Positions 27,355 to 37,229 of a stretch of DNA of 64,000 nucleotides are shown one piece after another. Every line of letters begins with the position of its first letter. Position 1 is the first letter of the stretch. The notes under the pieces are model-generated. The model saw only the letters and a program-made list of their open reading frames with translations. It was not told the DNA's origin and searched no databases. A program made the translations under genes and the position numbers. The DNA is from a virus: IMG/VR virus record IMGVR_UViG_3300028920_000062, positions 1 to 64,000 of that record; one strand, 5' to 3'.

Positions 27355-28284
27355 ATGGCCCTTCACAAGACTCTACCTATTACTGAACTACATAGGATAC
27401 AGTCATTATCTTATGCCAATCAGTCTGCTCGAGAAGGGGCCTCTGGCCTTACTGCAGACGACGTAGGTCGAGTGGCTATCCAAACTGACGATAGTAGCTT
27501 TTATGTATTGGCTGATCACTCTCCCGTTACTTGGGTGCAAATTACTGGTTCTGACCTAGATGATACAGACGATCTGCCAGAAGGGTCAACTAATCTGTAT
27601 TATACAGAGGCGCGTGTATCTGCAAATAGCGACGTTGCGGCTAATACAGCTAAGGTTAGTGCGGACGGTTCAGTTACTACGCATAACGACGTTACTAGTG
27701 CGGGATCAGGGCAGATCATCACCTCGGCCGAGCGGTCGAATATCGGTCTCAATACAACACACCGAGGCTTAACCAATAACCCTCATAGTACAGACGTGGG
27801 AAACTTGGGCTCTGGCACTCTAGCTGAGCTCAATGCTGCAATCACTGATGCTACTCTTGATGATTCTAGTGATCCTAGAGATCCCAATGCTCATACCCAT
27901 ACCAAGTCTGAAGTCACAGATCTTTTTGATGAATATGGTTCTGACGAGACCTCTTCTACTTCAACTGCTGCTGGATTTGAACAGGCCTATAGGTTTACCA
28001 CTTCATCTTTGACTGCAGACACTTATGAGATTAGTTGGTATTGTGAGGCCAAGAACGATACTTTGAATGGAATTACTCGAGTACGTGTCCAGTTAGACGA
28101 CACAACTGATCTCGGATTTGCGGATATTGCAATTACCGTGAATACGACAGTAGACTTTCCTATGGCAGGTAGTATCCAGGTAGCTCTTGGTGCTGGTACG
28201 CACACAATAGATATAGATTTCTATCCGTTTACCGGCACCACCGCCGAAGTTAGACGCAAGAGAGTCGCTGTGAGGAGAATCTAA
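27355..28284 (+). CDS. Fibre-like protein
   Basis: 309 aa; DTDDLPEGSTNLYYTEARV fibre-type motif, NNPHST, HTH, beta-rich C-terminal domain. Confidence 0.65.
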   Translation: MALHKTLPITELHRIQSLSYANQSAREGASGLTADDVGRVAIQTDDSSFYVLADHSPVTWVQITGSDLDDTDDLPEGSTNLYYTEARVSANSDVAANTAKVSADGSVTTHNDVTSAGSGQIITSAERSNIGLNTTHRGLTNNPHSTDVGNLGSGTLAELNAAITDATLDDSSDPRDPNAHTHTKSEVTDLFDEYGSDETSSTSTAAGFEQAYRFTTSSLTADTYEISWYCEAKNDTLNGITRVRVQLDDTTDLGFADIAITVNTTVDFPMAGSIQVALGAGTHTIDIDFYPFTGTTAEVRRKRVAVRRI

Positions 28285-29945
28285 TGCCGACTATCAGCTA
28301 TACAATATCTTCAGACTTTACATCCCTGGTGGGAGACGATCCATATCTCAAAGAACTAGAGGAAGAGATTCGTGCCTCCTCAGAGAGTGGGCTAGTTAGC
28401 AAGTTTCTCTATACAGAGCTGACTCCACCTGCTTCTCCGACTACCTGTGTGGTCTATGTTTCGTCCGCTCTTTCTGGAGCCGAGGATACGGAGCTCGATT
28501 CTATTATTGCAGCACATGAGGGATATGTAACAATTCCCAATCCTCCAGGACCTCCAGGTGAACCGAGTGGCGTCGCCCAGCTCGACGAGAACGGTGAGGT
28601 CCCAGCAGAGCAGATATCAGAGGCGAGTGTCACGCAGCACGAGAGCGCCATCGACCACGACAACATCGCCAACAACGGGACCAACACGCACGCTCAGATC
28701 GATTCCCACGTTGGAAGCTCCAGCAACCCTCATGGTGTGACCGCAGCTCAGGCTGGGGCCGATCCATCCGGGACAGCGGCCTCTGCGGTTTCAAGCCACG
28801 AGGCGGCGGGTGACCCCCACAGCCAGTACCAGAAGGAGTCCGAGAAAGGGCAGGCGAACGGGTACGCGAGTCTTGATGGAGATGGTTTGGTTCCCGAGGA
28901 CCAGCTCCCCGAAGGAACAGGTGGCGGTCCTCTCGTCAAGATGTTCCAGGGCGTCGATGTCACCGGAAACATGCAGGTCACCAACACCGCGCAGGTCATC
29001 CCGTTGACCTTCGAGACCATCAAGGATGACTACTACGCTCATTCGACAACGGTGAACCCCGGCGAGATCGAGATCTTGGAGGAAGGCTGGTACCGCATCG
29101 TAGCCACCCTCTGCGTTGCTACGTTCGGGTCTGACGGAGGTACGCGAGGAAACCCGCAGCTCCACATCGACATCGATACCGGGTCTGGGTTCGTACAGCA
29201 GCCAGATAACCTTGGGGGCTATATCCGGGAGGACGGCTCTGAGTCGCTGTCTTGCACGATCACAGGCATCGGGATTTTCTACTTCGAGGAGGGGGACAAG
29301 TTCCGGCTCACCGTAGTGGACTCTGTCACCAATGAACCCGACGAGCAGACGGTCCCCTACAGCTCACGCTGCCTGGTGGAGTACATTGACCGGACTGGCG
29401 CGGCCTCTGGAGTCGTCAACAACCTGAAGGACATCGGCGACGTCAACGCACCAGCTCCTTCGGATGGTCAGGCTCTCGTCTTCGACAATGCCACCAGCAA
29501 GTGGGTGGCGGGTGATGTCGGAAGCTCTGGCCTCGGAGACCTCGAAGAGGTAATTGTCTCCTCCGAGCGAAGCACGTCCAGTACAAGTTGGACGGACGTG
29601 TCCAGTGTTTCGATCACGTTCACACCAGCAGCTGGTGAGCGAGTCCTCGTCCATGCTCAAGGGGTCGTTCAGAGTTCAGGCTCCGCTGGCACGCGCGCCG
29701 AAGTGGACATCGCACAGAACAACAGCGGCTCCTTCGTGCTGTTGGGCGGTACCCGTGGCTCTCTATGGATCGAGTCTTTCAACTCTGCTCAGGACTGGCC
29801 TTGGAGCATTACTCGGGTCATTGAGTTCAACAACGCGGTCTCGACCACCATCAAGCTCCAGTTCCGTTCGAGTGATGGTGCCGAGACTGTCGGGATGCTT
29901 GGTCAGCTCACCCCAATCGTCCTGCAAGTTCTTCGAGGAGTATAA
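28284..29945 (+). CDS. Fibre/receptor-binding-like protein with a GC-rich, apparently imported C-terminal part
   Basis: 553 aa; GVAQLDENG, NPHGVTAAQAGA, GDPHSQY, KGQANGYASLDG, LKDIGDV..DGQALVFD fibre repeats. Confidence 0.7.
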   Translation: MPTISYTISSDFTSLVGDDPYLKELEEEIRASSESGLVSKFLYTELTPPASPTTCVVYVSSALSGAEDTELDSIIAAHEGYVTIPNPPGPPGEPSGVAQLDENGEVPAEQISEASVTQHESAIDHDNIANNGTNTHAQIDSHVGSSSNPHGVTAAQAGADPSGTAASAVSSHEAAGDPHSQYQKESEKGQANGYASLDGDGLVPEDQLPEGTGGGPLVKMFQGVDVTGNMQVTNTAQVIPLTFETIKDDYYAHSTTVNPGEIEILEEGWYRIVATLCVATFGSDGGTRGNPQLHIDIDTGSGFVQQPDNLGGYIREDGSESLSCTITGIGIFYFEEGDKFRLTVVDSVTNEPDEQTVPYSSRCLVEYIDRTGAASGVVNNLKDIGDVNAPAPSDGQALVFDNATSKWVAGDVGSSGLGDLEEVIVSSERSTSSTSWTDVSSVSITFTPAAGERVLVHAQGVVQSSGSAGTRAEVDIAQNNSGSFVLLGGTRGSLWIESFNSAQDWPWSITRVIEFNNAVSTTIKLQFRSSDGAETVGMLGQLTPIVLQVLRGV

Positions 29946-29948
29946 ATA

Positions 29949-30596
29949 ATGGCAGTATCTAAATATTCTTTTTCTGTTTCAACTGACTTTCCGAACCAAA
30001 AAGCTAATATTGCTGGTTTGATTAAGGAGATCCAGGCTTCTTCTATTGTCACTGCGATTGATCATATTGATCTAAATGGTGACGACTGTGATGTTTGGTT
30101 CAAAGCTGAGCTTTCAGCTGGAGATGAAACTACTCTTGGAACAGTGGTGGTAGCTCATACTGGAGAGCTTGTTTCAACTCCAAAGACCGATGAGGGCGTC
30201 CAGTATGTAACAATTCTTCCAGGCAAAAGTGGAAGAATGTTGCTTATTGAAGGTCTCCAGTTTGATGCACCTGCTGACGCAGACACAAACGGAGACCTTG
30301 TCTTATCTGAGACCCGAGAGATTCAGGGCGCGGTTGTTGAGGTAGCTAATGCTGAAAAGGGAGACTATGTTGAGCTTCAAGTCGTAGCTCCAGATGGACC
30401 TCCATATGAGGGAGCTGTAGTGGGACAATTTGCCATTACAGTCTACATCCCACCGAGCGGCAAGATCGACCCCATTGTATCTGAGAGTACAGCTTCATTC
30501 CCAGCCGGGTTCAAATTCAGGCTCAAGTATCATGCTGTTGCCGGAGGATCTACTCGAGAGGTCTATGTTGCGTTTAGAATGAGGCATGATGTCTAA
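29949..30596 (+). CDS. Virion accessory protein sharing its N-terminal domain with 28284..29945
   Basis: YSFSVSTDF..KEIQASS..LSAGDETTLGTVVVAHTG vs YTISSDF..EEIRASS..LSGAEDTELDSIIAAHEG. Confidence 0.65.
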   Translation: MAVSKYSFSVSTDFPNQKANIAGLIKEIQASSIVTAIDHIDLNGDDCDVWFKAELSAGDETTLGTVVVAHTGELVSTPKTDEGVQYVTILPGKSGRMLLIEGLQFDAPADADTNGDLVLSETREIQGAVVEVANAEKGDYVELQVVAPDGPPYEGAVVGQFAITVYIPPSGKIDPIVSESTASFPAGFKFRLKYHAVAGGSTREVYVAFRMRHDV

Positions 30597-31035
30597 TTTT
30601 AAGGCTATAGCAGACAATATCAGAACTGCTGATATTCTGTTAGTTAGAATGAAGGACACTTTGTTTGCTGCTCAGGGATTTTGGGAGCATGCCTATATTT
30701 GGAATGGAAAGAAGCTGGTCGGGGTACACGGAGAATGGAAACTAACTGGAATTATGAAGGATCCCGCAGATGTGGGCCTGTTCAGAGTCGTGTATAATTT
30801 GGATGAGGAAGAAAAGAAAGTGCTACATAAAGCTCTTAGGTATTGCGCTTTCTTTCGTCAATGGTGGCCGGCTAGGCTCTGGAGATGGTTAACTGGAAAA
30901 GATAAGGTATTTACTAATTCTGAGTTAATCGCTAGAGCTTTCAATAAGATAGATCGCAGATTCAACGATAATCCTGTTTGTGAGATGACACCCTCGGATT
31001 TTGATAAAAGCGGGATTACTGTTAGAATTGCTTAA
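30586..31035 (+). CDS. Permuted NlpC/P60 (YiiX/YebB-like) fold protein, probably catalytically inactive
   Basis: ADILLVR, WEHAYI, FTNSELIARAF (canonical CSEL), MTPSDF. Confidence 0.65.
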   Translation: MMSNFKAIADNIRTADILLVRMKDTLFAAQGFWEHAYIWNGKKLVGVHGEWKLTGIMKDPADVGLFRVVYNLDEEEKKVLHKALRYCAFFRQWWPARLWRWLTGKDKVFTNSELIARAFNKIDRRFNDNPVCEMTPSDFDKSGITVRIA

Positions 31036-31068
31036 CACAAGCTATAATCCCATCAGGAGGTAGGACCA

Positions 31069-32043
31069 GTGGCCACAAGAGGAGTACGCGCAGGCGAGAC
31101 AATTGGACTGAGAGCACGGTTCAAGGATGATCTTGGCGAAAATGCTGAGGCTTCTGATGTCTATGTCCATATCTTTGATCCTACTGTAGAAGACTACGAA
31201 GACCTTAATAATGCTGAGGTAGTTTCTGGTGTAGCAAACTATTTGGGCGAGGGAATCTTTGAGTATATTTTTACTCCTCCTGATATTGATGGCATTTGGC
31301 ATGACTTCTGGGAGGGAGAGCTGACCAGCCAAACCCTTTCTGGTCACTTTACTTTTGAGGTATCAGCCTCAGGACTTATCAATTCACTAACTTCTCAATT
31401 AGCCGATAACAATGTCGTCCATGTAGAGATTCCTTCGGGCATACAGCCTGTTACAGGTTCAGCCCTCGAGAGTCCCTATGAGTTTGACTTCATGACCATA
31501 ATCGACCCTGGCTACTCTAATGTACGCAAGGTGCGCCTAGAGATCGGTGCTTTTGTTAGCAATCTCTTTGATGACGTTATTCAGACTGCTATTCTTGAGG
31601 CATCTCTAGAAACTGATGTCATTACATTCTACACCGTAGACCAACAAACCGATGTATATCAGCATGCCAGACGGGAATATGTCACCTGTATGGCATCCGC
31701 TATCATGCTCAATAACATTGCGGCCGGTAGTCTTCGGAGCAAGACTCTAGCTGATCTTAGCGTAGAATACGACTCTTCGGCTCTACATAAGAACCTGGAT
31801 AGGCTAAGAGAATGCATGGCTCGGTGGGAACCACAAGTTATTGCAGGAGGTCTAGCCAAAAAGATTACCCAGCCTAAGGGCGTAATCAAAGGTGAGTATG
31901 ACCCAGATAGGCCTATCTTTAGTAGGCTCTGGCAGTCTCTAGATGACGGGACGGTATCTAGACGGATACCAGCTGCTAATACTCGAGAACGCCCTCCCTT
32001 CAAGCGCAGGTACAAGACTACCTATAAAAAGAGGTACTGGTAA
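31069..32043 (+). CDS. Head-tail adaptor/neck protein with N-terminal Ig-like domain
   Basis: GTG start after AGGAGG; C-terminal helical domain with SKTLADLSVEYD adaptor-type motif; position before the sheath. Confidence 0.6.
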   Translation: MATRGVRAGETIGLRARFKDDLGENAEASDVYVHIFDPTVEDYEDLNNAEVVSGVANYLGEGIFEYIFTPPDIDGIWHDFWEGELTSQTLSGHFTFEVSASGLINSLTSQLADNNVVHVEIPSGIQPVTGSALESPYEFDFMTIIDPGYSNVRKVRLEIGAFVSNLFDDVIQTAILEASLETDVITFYTVDQQTDVYQHARREYVTCMASAIMLNNIAAGSLRSKTLADLSVEYDSSALHKNLDRLRECMARWEPQVIAGGLAKKITQPKGVIKGEYDPDRPIFSRLWQSLDDGTVSRRIPAANTRERPPFKRRYKTTYKKRYW

Positions 32044-32627
32044 TGGGTCTTTGGGATCGTAGATCTACTCCCGATAGAACCTTCGGTCCTACAGCTAGGA
32101 CTGAGCCCGATATGCGCCAGGAGCTCAATAATATGTTCGATGGGACCTGGCAGGAAATTCCCAAGAAACAACCTGCACTTCTCCGAAAAATGAGAAGAGA
32201 TGATAATGGCAATAAGATCGCCTGTCCGTGTGTCGATAGCCTTACAGGAGAAGCAGACGTAGATACATTTTGTCCTATTTGCCATGGAGAAAGGTGGATC
32301 TGGGACGAGATATGGGTAGACGTGTATATGGTTGAGCTCGGCAGTGATGTTGGCAAGGCTATTAGGGAGCAGCTAATTGCTCCTGGACACATGAATATCC
32401 CGCTCATGGTTTTTTACATGCGCTCGAGTGTAGAAATTACAAAAGATGATAAGGTAGTAGAGGTAGTTAGAGATGAGGCTGGCGATCCTGTTCTTCCTTA
32501 CCGGAGATATAGGCTTTATCGTATCAATGCCCATATTGATTTGAGGGCAGATAATGGTAAACTTGAGTACTGGAAGCTTGATTGTTATGTCGAAGAACGT
32601 AAGTTTCTCAACGGGGTGGAAGGCTAA
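32043..32627 (+). CDS. Head closure/neck protein with Zn-finger
   Basis: 194 aa; CPC..CPICHG; neck position. Confidence 0.6.
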   Translation: MGLWDRRSTPDRTFGPTARTEPDMRQELNNMFDGTWQEIPKKQPALLRKMRRDDNGNKIACPCVDSLTGEADVDTFCPICHGERWIWDEIWVDVYMVELGSDVGKAIREQLIAPGHMNIPLMVFYMRSSVEITKDDKVVEVVRDEAGDPVLPYRRYRLYRINAHIDLRADNGKLEYWKLDCYVEERKFLNGVEG

Positions 32628-32629
32628 CA

Positions 32630-33343
32630 ATGTCAACGCTTCAGGATATATTGAGTGAGGATCAGGTCAAAGAAGAATCTCGGATCAAGGTGCATCGGCA
32701 GTACACTGAAATCGTTTCCGAAATTCGTGGCTCACATCCTGGCTTAGATAGATCCAAAACGCTTGGTAAGGCTAAATCTCTTCTGGAATTCTACGACTTA
32801 GTAGACCAAGCGATAGAGATGTATGAGACTAGAGCCAGTATTCCTGAGCAGTATCGGGTTAATTTCACTCAAGAAGAACCTGATTTTGCTTCAGAAACAG
32901 AAACGATAACCTTTAGTTTAGTAAAGAGAGAGCCTGGTGCGTTTAGCCAGGGTGCGCCGTTTCAGGGTGACATAAGAAACTTAAGACCAATTTTTAGAGA
33001 AGAAGGAGAAGACCCTGAGAATCCCGGATATCGGCAGATCACCACTGGTTACTTGTATGACAATATTGTTCGGTTCACTTGTTGGGCTAGAACTAATAAG
33101 GTCGCTAACCAGCGGGCTCAATGGTTTGAAGATTTGATGGAGGAGTATGTTTGGTGGTTCACCATGCAGGGGTGCCAGCGAGCAATTTATTATGGGCAAG
33201 AAAAAGATGTCGTTACAGTGGTTAACGAAAACAAATGGTACGGACGCCCGATTAACTTCTTCGTGAGAACTGAGAAACTGAGAGTTTTGAAGGAAAAGAC
33301 ACTAGAGGAAATCTATATAAAACTGGCTGTTGAAAGAGAGTAG
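32630..33343 (+). CDS. Putative tail completion/terminator protein
   Basis: 237 aa; VRFTCWARTNKVANQRAQWFEDLM pattern; directly upstream of the sheath. Confidence 0.55.
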   Translation: MSTLQDILSEDQVKEESRIKVHRQYTEIVSEIRGSHPGLDRSKTLGKAKSLLEFYDLVDQAIEMYETRASIPEQYRVNFTQEEPDFASETETITFSLVKREPGAFSQGAPFQGDIRNLRPIFREEGEDPENPGYRQITTGYLYDNIVRFTCWARTNKVANQRAQWFEDLMEEYVWWFTMQGCQRAIYYGQEKDVVTVVNENKWYGRPINFFVRTEKLRVLKEKTLEEIYIKLAVERE

Positions 33344-33366
33344 AAGCCTGTAAGGAGGATCCGTAA

Positions 33367-35268
33367 ATGGCTCATGATTACCTGCCAGGAATCTTCAAGG
33401 AAGAACAGGACGGCAATCTAACTATTTTGCCTGTCAACAACAATCCTGTTGTTCTGGTAATTGGTACAGCTAGTCAGGGTGATTCTGCTGTTGTACACTC
33501 AGTTGACCGCGTAGCGGACTCAGCTCGTGAGTATGGCAAAGATGGAACTCTAACTAGGGGACTATATGAAGCCTCTACCGCAGGTGCCCTCAATCTAAGA
33601 CTTTATAGGATCGGGGCTACTCCAGCTACCCTAGAAACTGACTTCGGTGCAACCATCGAAACAGTCTCAAGGGATGATTCGGCTGGAGAAGACTACCTGA
33701 TCTTTTGGGATGACTCGGCGCTACGCCTACGTTTGTGGCGTGTAGTGGATGAGGAGCTCGTGTATGACAACGATCCATCGACCCCTGATAACAGGGTAGA
33801 TCTGGGTGAGGTTGTTGTTACAGGAACTCTAGCAACCAATGGAGGAGCAGATTGGGGAGACCTCGCAGGTGGTAGCGGTGAAAAGACTCTAGCTGATCTT
33901 GACGGAGAAGCTGGATTTACTTACACCGCAGGCACAGATGGTCTGAACCTATCCAGAATGAAGATGTACGAGGAGCTTTTCAGTGCGTATCAGCTGCTCG
34001 AGGATCAAGAACTGGATGTAGTTCTTCCAATGAATGTGTACCTGGATGATCTTAACGTCATGGATATGAGCGAAGCGACTGTGTCAGGCCTTGGCCTGAC
34101 TAGCCTTTCTGATTATCCAACTGCTGGTTCTGCTACTGACGTTTTGGGTAAGGTCTATGTAGAAGAGGTGGATGGCGAGAATTTGTTCTGGTGGTGGTTC
34201 CCATCACAGCCAAATGCTTCCAGCCCAACCTTTACTGCTGCACAGATTTACCCATCTGGTTATGATGCAGACAAGAAGGCAGATGGAACTACAGATCTGG
34301 CTGCTTCTGACTTCCATGAAGTTAACTTTGCATACCAGTTGGCAAACTTCTGCTGGACACAATCTAGAGATAACACCGACATGACTGGTGTCATTGGTGT
34401 ACTTCCACCAACTTCCTTTACTTTGAAGGATATGGCACGTTGGGTTGGTCAGCTTCCAGAATTCGAAACAGATAGCAACGGCAATAGAGTCGTTGCTACT
34501 GGCGGAAATGGAACCGGTCTTCTCGGCAACAAGTTTATGTCAGGTCGCCTCTCTAGTGGTGGTGACTCTGGAACACCAGGCCTAGCTATCAACGGTGTTG
34601 ATGGTTTGGCAAATGGTGGTTTCATTGCAACAGATACCAACTGGCTAGATGGAACACACATTAAGGATCTGAATGATGCTCTTATCGATATCGGTAAGTA
34701 CATTAGCGTAGTGGCAACCTACCCTGTTATGTCTAATCCAAGCAGAGTATCTGCCTATACCGCTACTGGAGCATCTACATATGGTGGTTTTTATTCCGGG
34801 CTAGATGTTGACTCAGCACCGACCAACAAACTACTCGGACATATCCGACTCCCAGCTCGCATCAATACGTCTAAGCTAGACATGCTTGCTGGACAGCGTT
34901 ACGTCACATTCCACTCAAAGCCAAAGGGCATTGTTATTAGCGATGGACCAACAGCAGCGAGACCGAATAGTGACTATACGCGTCTGTCCACAGTGCGTCA
35001 GGTTAAGGCAACTGTTGATGAGATCAGGCGAGTAGGAGAACCATTCCTAGGTGAGAGTATGTCAGGTGCCCAGACAGCTGCGCTAGACACAGCTGTTGAC
35101 CAGGCAATGTCTAATTTGGTGAGACTTGGTGTGATTCAGAGGTACGAGTACCAACTGATTATCACTCCGCAGATGAAAGTTTTGGGTCAGGCAATTATCG
35201 AACTTAAGATAGTACCAGCGTTCGAGCTACGGCAGATTACTGTCCAAGTAGCTCTGGCGGCGGTATAA
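33367..35268 (+). CDS. Contractile tail sheath protein
   Basis: 633 aa; N-terminal LPGI, VLVIGTA; C-terminal YTRLSTVR..PFLGE..IVPAFELRQITV. Confidence 0.92.
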   Translation: MAHDYLPGIFKEEQDGNLTILPVNNNPVVLVIGTASQGDSAVVHSVDRVADSAREYGKDGTLTRGLYEASTAGALNLRLYRIGATPATLETDFGATIETVSRDDSAGEDYLIFWDDSALRLRLWRVVDEELVYDNDPSTPDNRVDLGEVVVTGTLATNGGADWGDLAGGSGEKTLADLDGEAGFTYTAGTDGLNLSRMKMYEELFSAYQLLEDQELDVVLPMNVYLDDLNVMDMSEATVSGLGLTSLSDYPTAGSATDVLGKVYVEEVDGENLFWWWFPSQPNASSPTFTAAQIYPSGYDADKKADGTTDLAASDFHEVNFAYQLANFCWTQSRDNTDMTGVIGVLPPTSFTLKDMARWVGQLPEFETDSNGNRVVATGGNGTGLLGNKFMSGRLSSGGDSGTPGLAINGVDGLANGGFIATDTNWLDGTHIKDLNDALIDIGKYISVVATYPVMSNPSRVSAYTATGASTYGGFYSGLDVDSAPTNKLLGHIRLPARINTSKLDMLAGQRYVTFHSKPKGIVISDGPTAARPNSDYTRLSTVRQVKATVDEIRRVGEPFLGESMSGAQTAALDTAVDQAMSNLVRLGVIQRYEYQLIITPQMKVLGQAIIELKIVPAFELRQITVQVALAAV

Positions 35269-35282
35269 GGAGGAACCGTTAA

Positions 35283-35927
35283 ATGGCTAGTCTTGCACGT
35301 TCATATAACAGCTTTTCTGGTGTTGACATCAAGGCTGTTCTTGCAAATAAGCCTATTGCAGAGATTCAGGCTATTTCTTACAGTATTACTCGTGAGAAGG
35401 CCCCTCTGTATACGATGGGTTCCGCAGATCCTCGCTCCTTCTCAAGAGGCAAGCGTGGTATTGCAGGTACCCTCATCTTCCTAGTGTTCGATAGACATGC
35501 CATGCTCGGAGCGTTCGGAATTTATTCAGACAATCCAACTAAGTTTATGTCGGATGTTGATGACTTTAGACCGAACGTAAACTTCACCGATCCAACCACT
35601 GTTCAGCCTTTGCAAACAGTAGCTGGCGATGAAGCTACTTCTGCTCTCATCGAGAGTCCCCTAACCGGTACTGTCGATGCTGACCAGACCGTTGTGGCCC
35701 CATGGTTCTCTGACCAAATCTTGCCATTTGATATTACTCTAGCTGCAGCGAACGAGTATGGCTCATTCGCCGTGATGAGAATCTACGGTGTTGAGCTTTT
35801 GAATGAAGGTTACGGTGTATCGATTGACGATATCGTCTCTGAGATGCAACACACCTACATTGCTCGTACGCTAGTTGGATGGCATCCTGTGGTTAGTCCT
35901 AAGACTGACCAATTGTTCCAAACATAA
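35283..35927 (+). CDS. Major tail tube protein
   Basis: 214 aa after the sheath; SFSGVDI, ISYSITREKAPLYTMG, RGKRGIAGTLIF; AAGGAGG SD; followed by a terminator. Confidence 0.85.
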   Translation: MASLARSYNSFSGVDIKAVLANKPIAEIQAISYSITREKAPLYTMGSADPRSFSRGKRGIAGTLIFLVFDRHAMLGAFGIYSDNPTKFMSDVDDFRPNVNFTDPTTVQPLQTVAGDEATSALIESPLTGTVDADQTVVAPWFSDQILPFDITLAAANEYGSFAVMRIYGVELLNEGYGVSIDDIVSEMQHTYIARTLVGWHPVVSPKTDQLFQT

Positions 35928-35933
35928 TAATAA

Positions 35934-35964
35934 GAACGGGGAGGAGCAATCCTCCCCTTCTTTT
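35934..35964 (+). terminator. Rho-independent terminator after the tail tube gene
   Basis: ggggagga-GCAA-tcctcccc then ttctttt; near-identical to the capsid terminator. Confidence 0.85.
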
Positions 35965-35975
35965 AAGGAGATAAG

Positions 35976-37229
35976 ATGGGTCAAGGACGTGTTTACAGCG
36001 GCAATGCTAAACCTCAAGAAGCTACATACAGCCAGGATAGACCTGGGACAAACACGTCTGATGTAACGACTACCCTTGACCTGAATCCGGTCAATACCAC
36101 GCCAGCTCAACCGATCGCCGACCTCCCTGTCGGACCAGGTAATATCAATTGGCTGGGAAGCAGTTATTCTGGCGCTGATATTAAGGCCGTTGTACACACA
36201 TATAACAATGTTGGCGGACAGTTAGCTGCATTACGTGACCTCAAAATGCAAAAGATAGCCGCTGATGCTACTTCGAAAATGCTAGGCAACTATATTAATA
36301 AGGGGGCCAAAAGCTTTATACAGGCCAAAATAGCAAATGCTTCAAACCCCGATTTTACTTACGATAAGCAGGTAAACACTTGGCTTGCTATCGGTCTAGG
36401 AACGCCAGAAGGTTCTATACGTGGAGATAACAACTGGATTGCAGTCGAGGCAGATCTTGATCTTCCCGGCACTCTTCAGGCGAAGACGACAGCTCTACAC
36501 TATCTATATCTAGTTAACACTTCTAGAAGCATTGATCCCGTTATCCAGGCAATGATAATTGAAAAACAAGGTATAGATTCTTTCTTAGATAGTCTTGAGA
36601 AAAAGATTGCTTTTCTAAATATGTACCAAAATGAGGCAACCAATACTGTTGTTCTTGGTACACTACAAACTGTTTCTGTCCAGACCCACCGAGAGAAGTT
36701 CGGAGTCAGAGCTCTGGGAAGAAGCTATGTAAAGGGCTATACTCGAGGACCGCGTACTATTGCCGGGTCTATGGTATTTACTGTTTTTAATGAACATGCC
36801 CTTGGTCAGCTCATCCGAGCAATAGGAGACCCTGCATTAGTTGGTGAGAGCAAGTTAGATACTAATCTCAGTACTCTCATCCCAGACCAGCTTCCTCCGT
36901 TGGATATGACCCTAGTCTATGCAAATGAATATGGTGCTCTTTCTCGTCAGAGCATCTATGGTATAGAGTTTGTAAATGATGGCCAAACAATGTCCATTGA
37001 AGATCTTTTTACAGAAGAGGTCATGAACTTTGTTGCTCGAGATGTGGATATTATGACTTCAGTTGGTAGGCGTAAACTCTCTCAGGCTGAACGAGGCCTA
37101 TGGACCACAGATGAAGGTAAGCCGCTAGAAGGAACTCAGCTGCTTAGGAAGACTCTTTTTGGTGGTGGAAGCGCATATAAGGACTATCTGGTTAGACTTG
37201 GCGTAAGAAGAAGCTTCAGGGGTAGGTAA
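35976..37229 (+). CDS. Tail tube paralogue with large helical insertion (tube initiator/baseplate-proximal tube protein)
   Basis: SYSGADIKAV, then about 150 aa insertion, then LQTVSVQTHREK..RGPRTIAGSMVFTVF..DQLPPLDMTL..ANEYG, aligning with 35283..35927. Confidence 0.75.
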   Translation: MGQGRVYSGNAKPQEATYSQDRPGTNTSDVTTTLDLNPVNTTPAQPIADLPVGPGNINWLGSSYSGADIKAVVHTYNNVGGQLAALRDLKMQKIAADATSKMLGNYINKGAKSFIQAKIANASNPDFTYDKQVNTWLAIGLGTPEGSIRGDNNWIAVEADLDLPGTLQAKTTALHYLYLVNTSRSIDPVIQAMIIEKQGIDSFLDSLEKKIAFLNMYQNEATNTVVLGTLQTVSVQTHREKFGVRALGRSYVKGYTRGPRTIAGSMVFTVFNEHALGQLIRAIGDPALVGESKLDTNLSTLIPDQLPPLDMTLVYANEYGALSRQSIYGIEFVNDGQTMSIEDLFTEEVMNFVARDVDIMTSVGRRKLSQAERGLWTTDEGKPLEGTQLLRKTLFGGGSAYKDYLVRLGVRRSFRGR

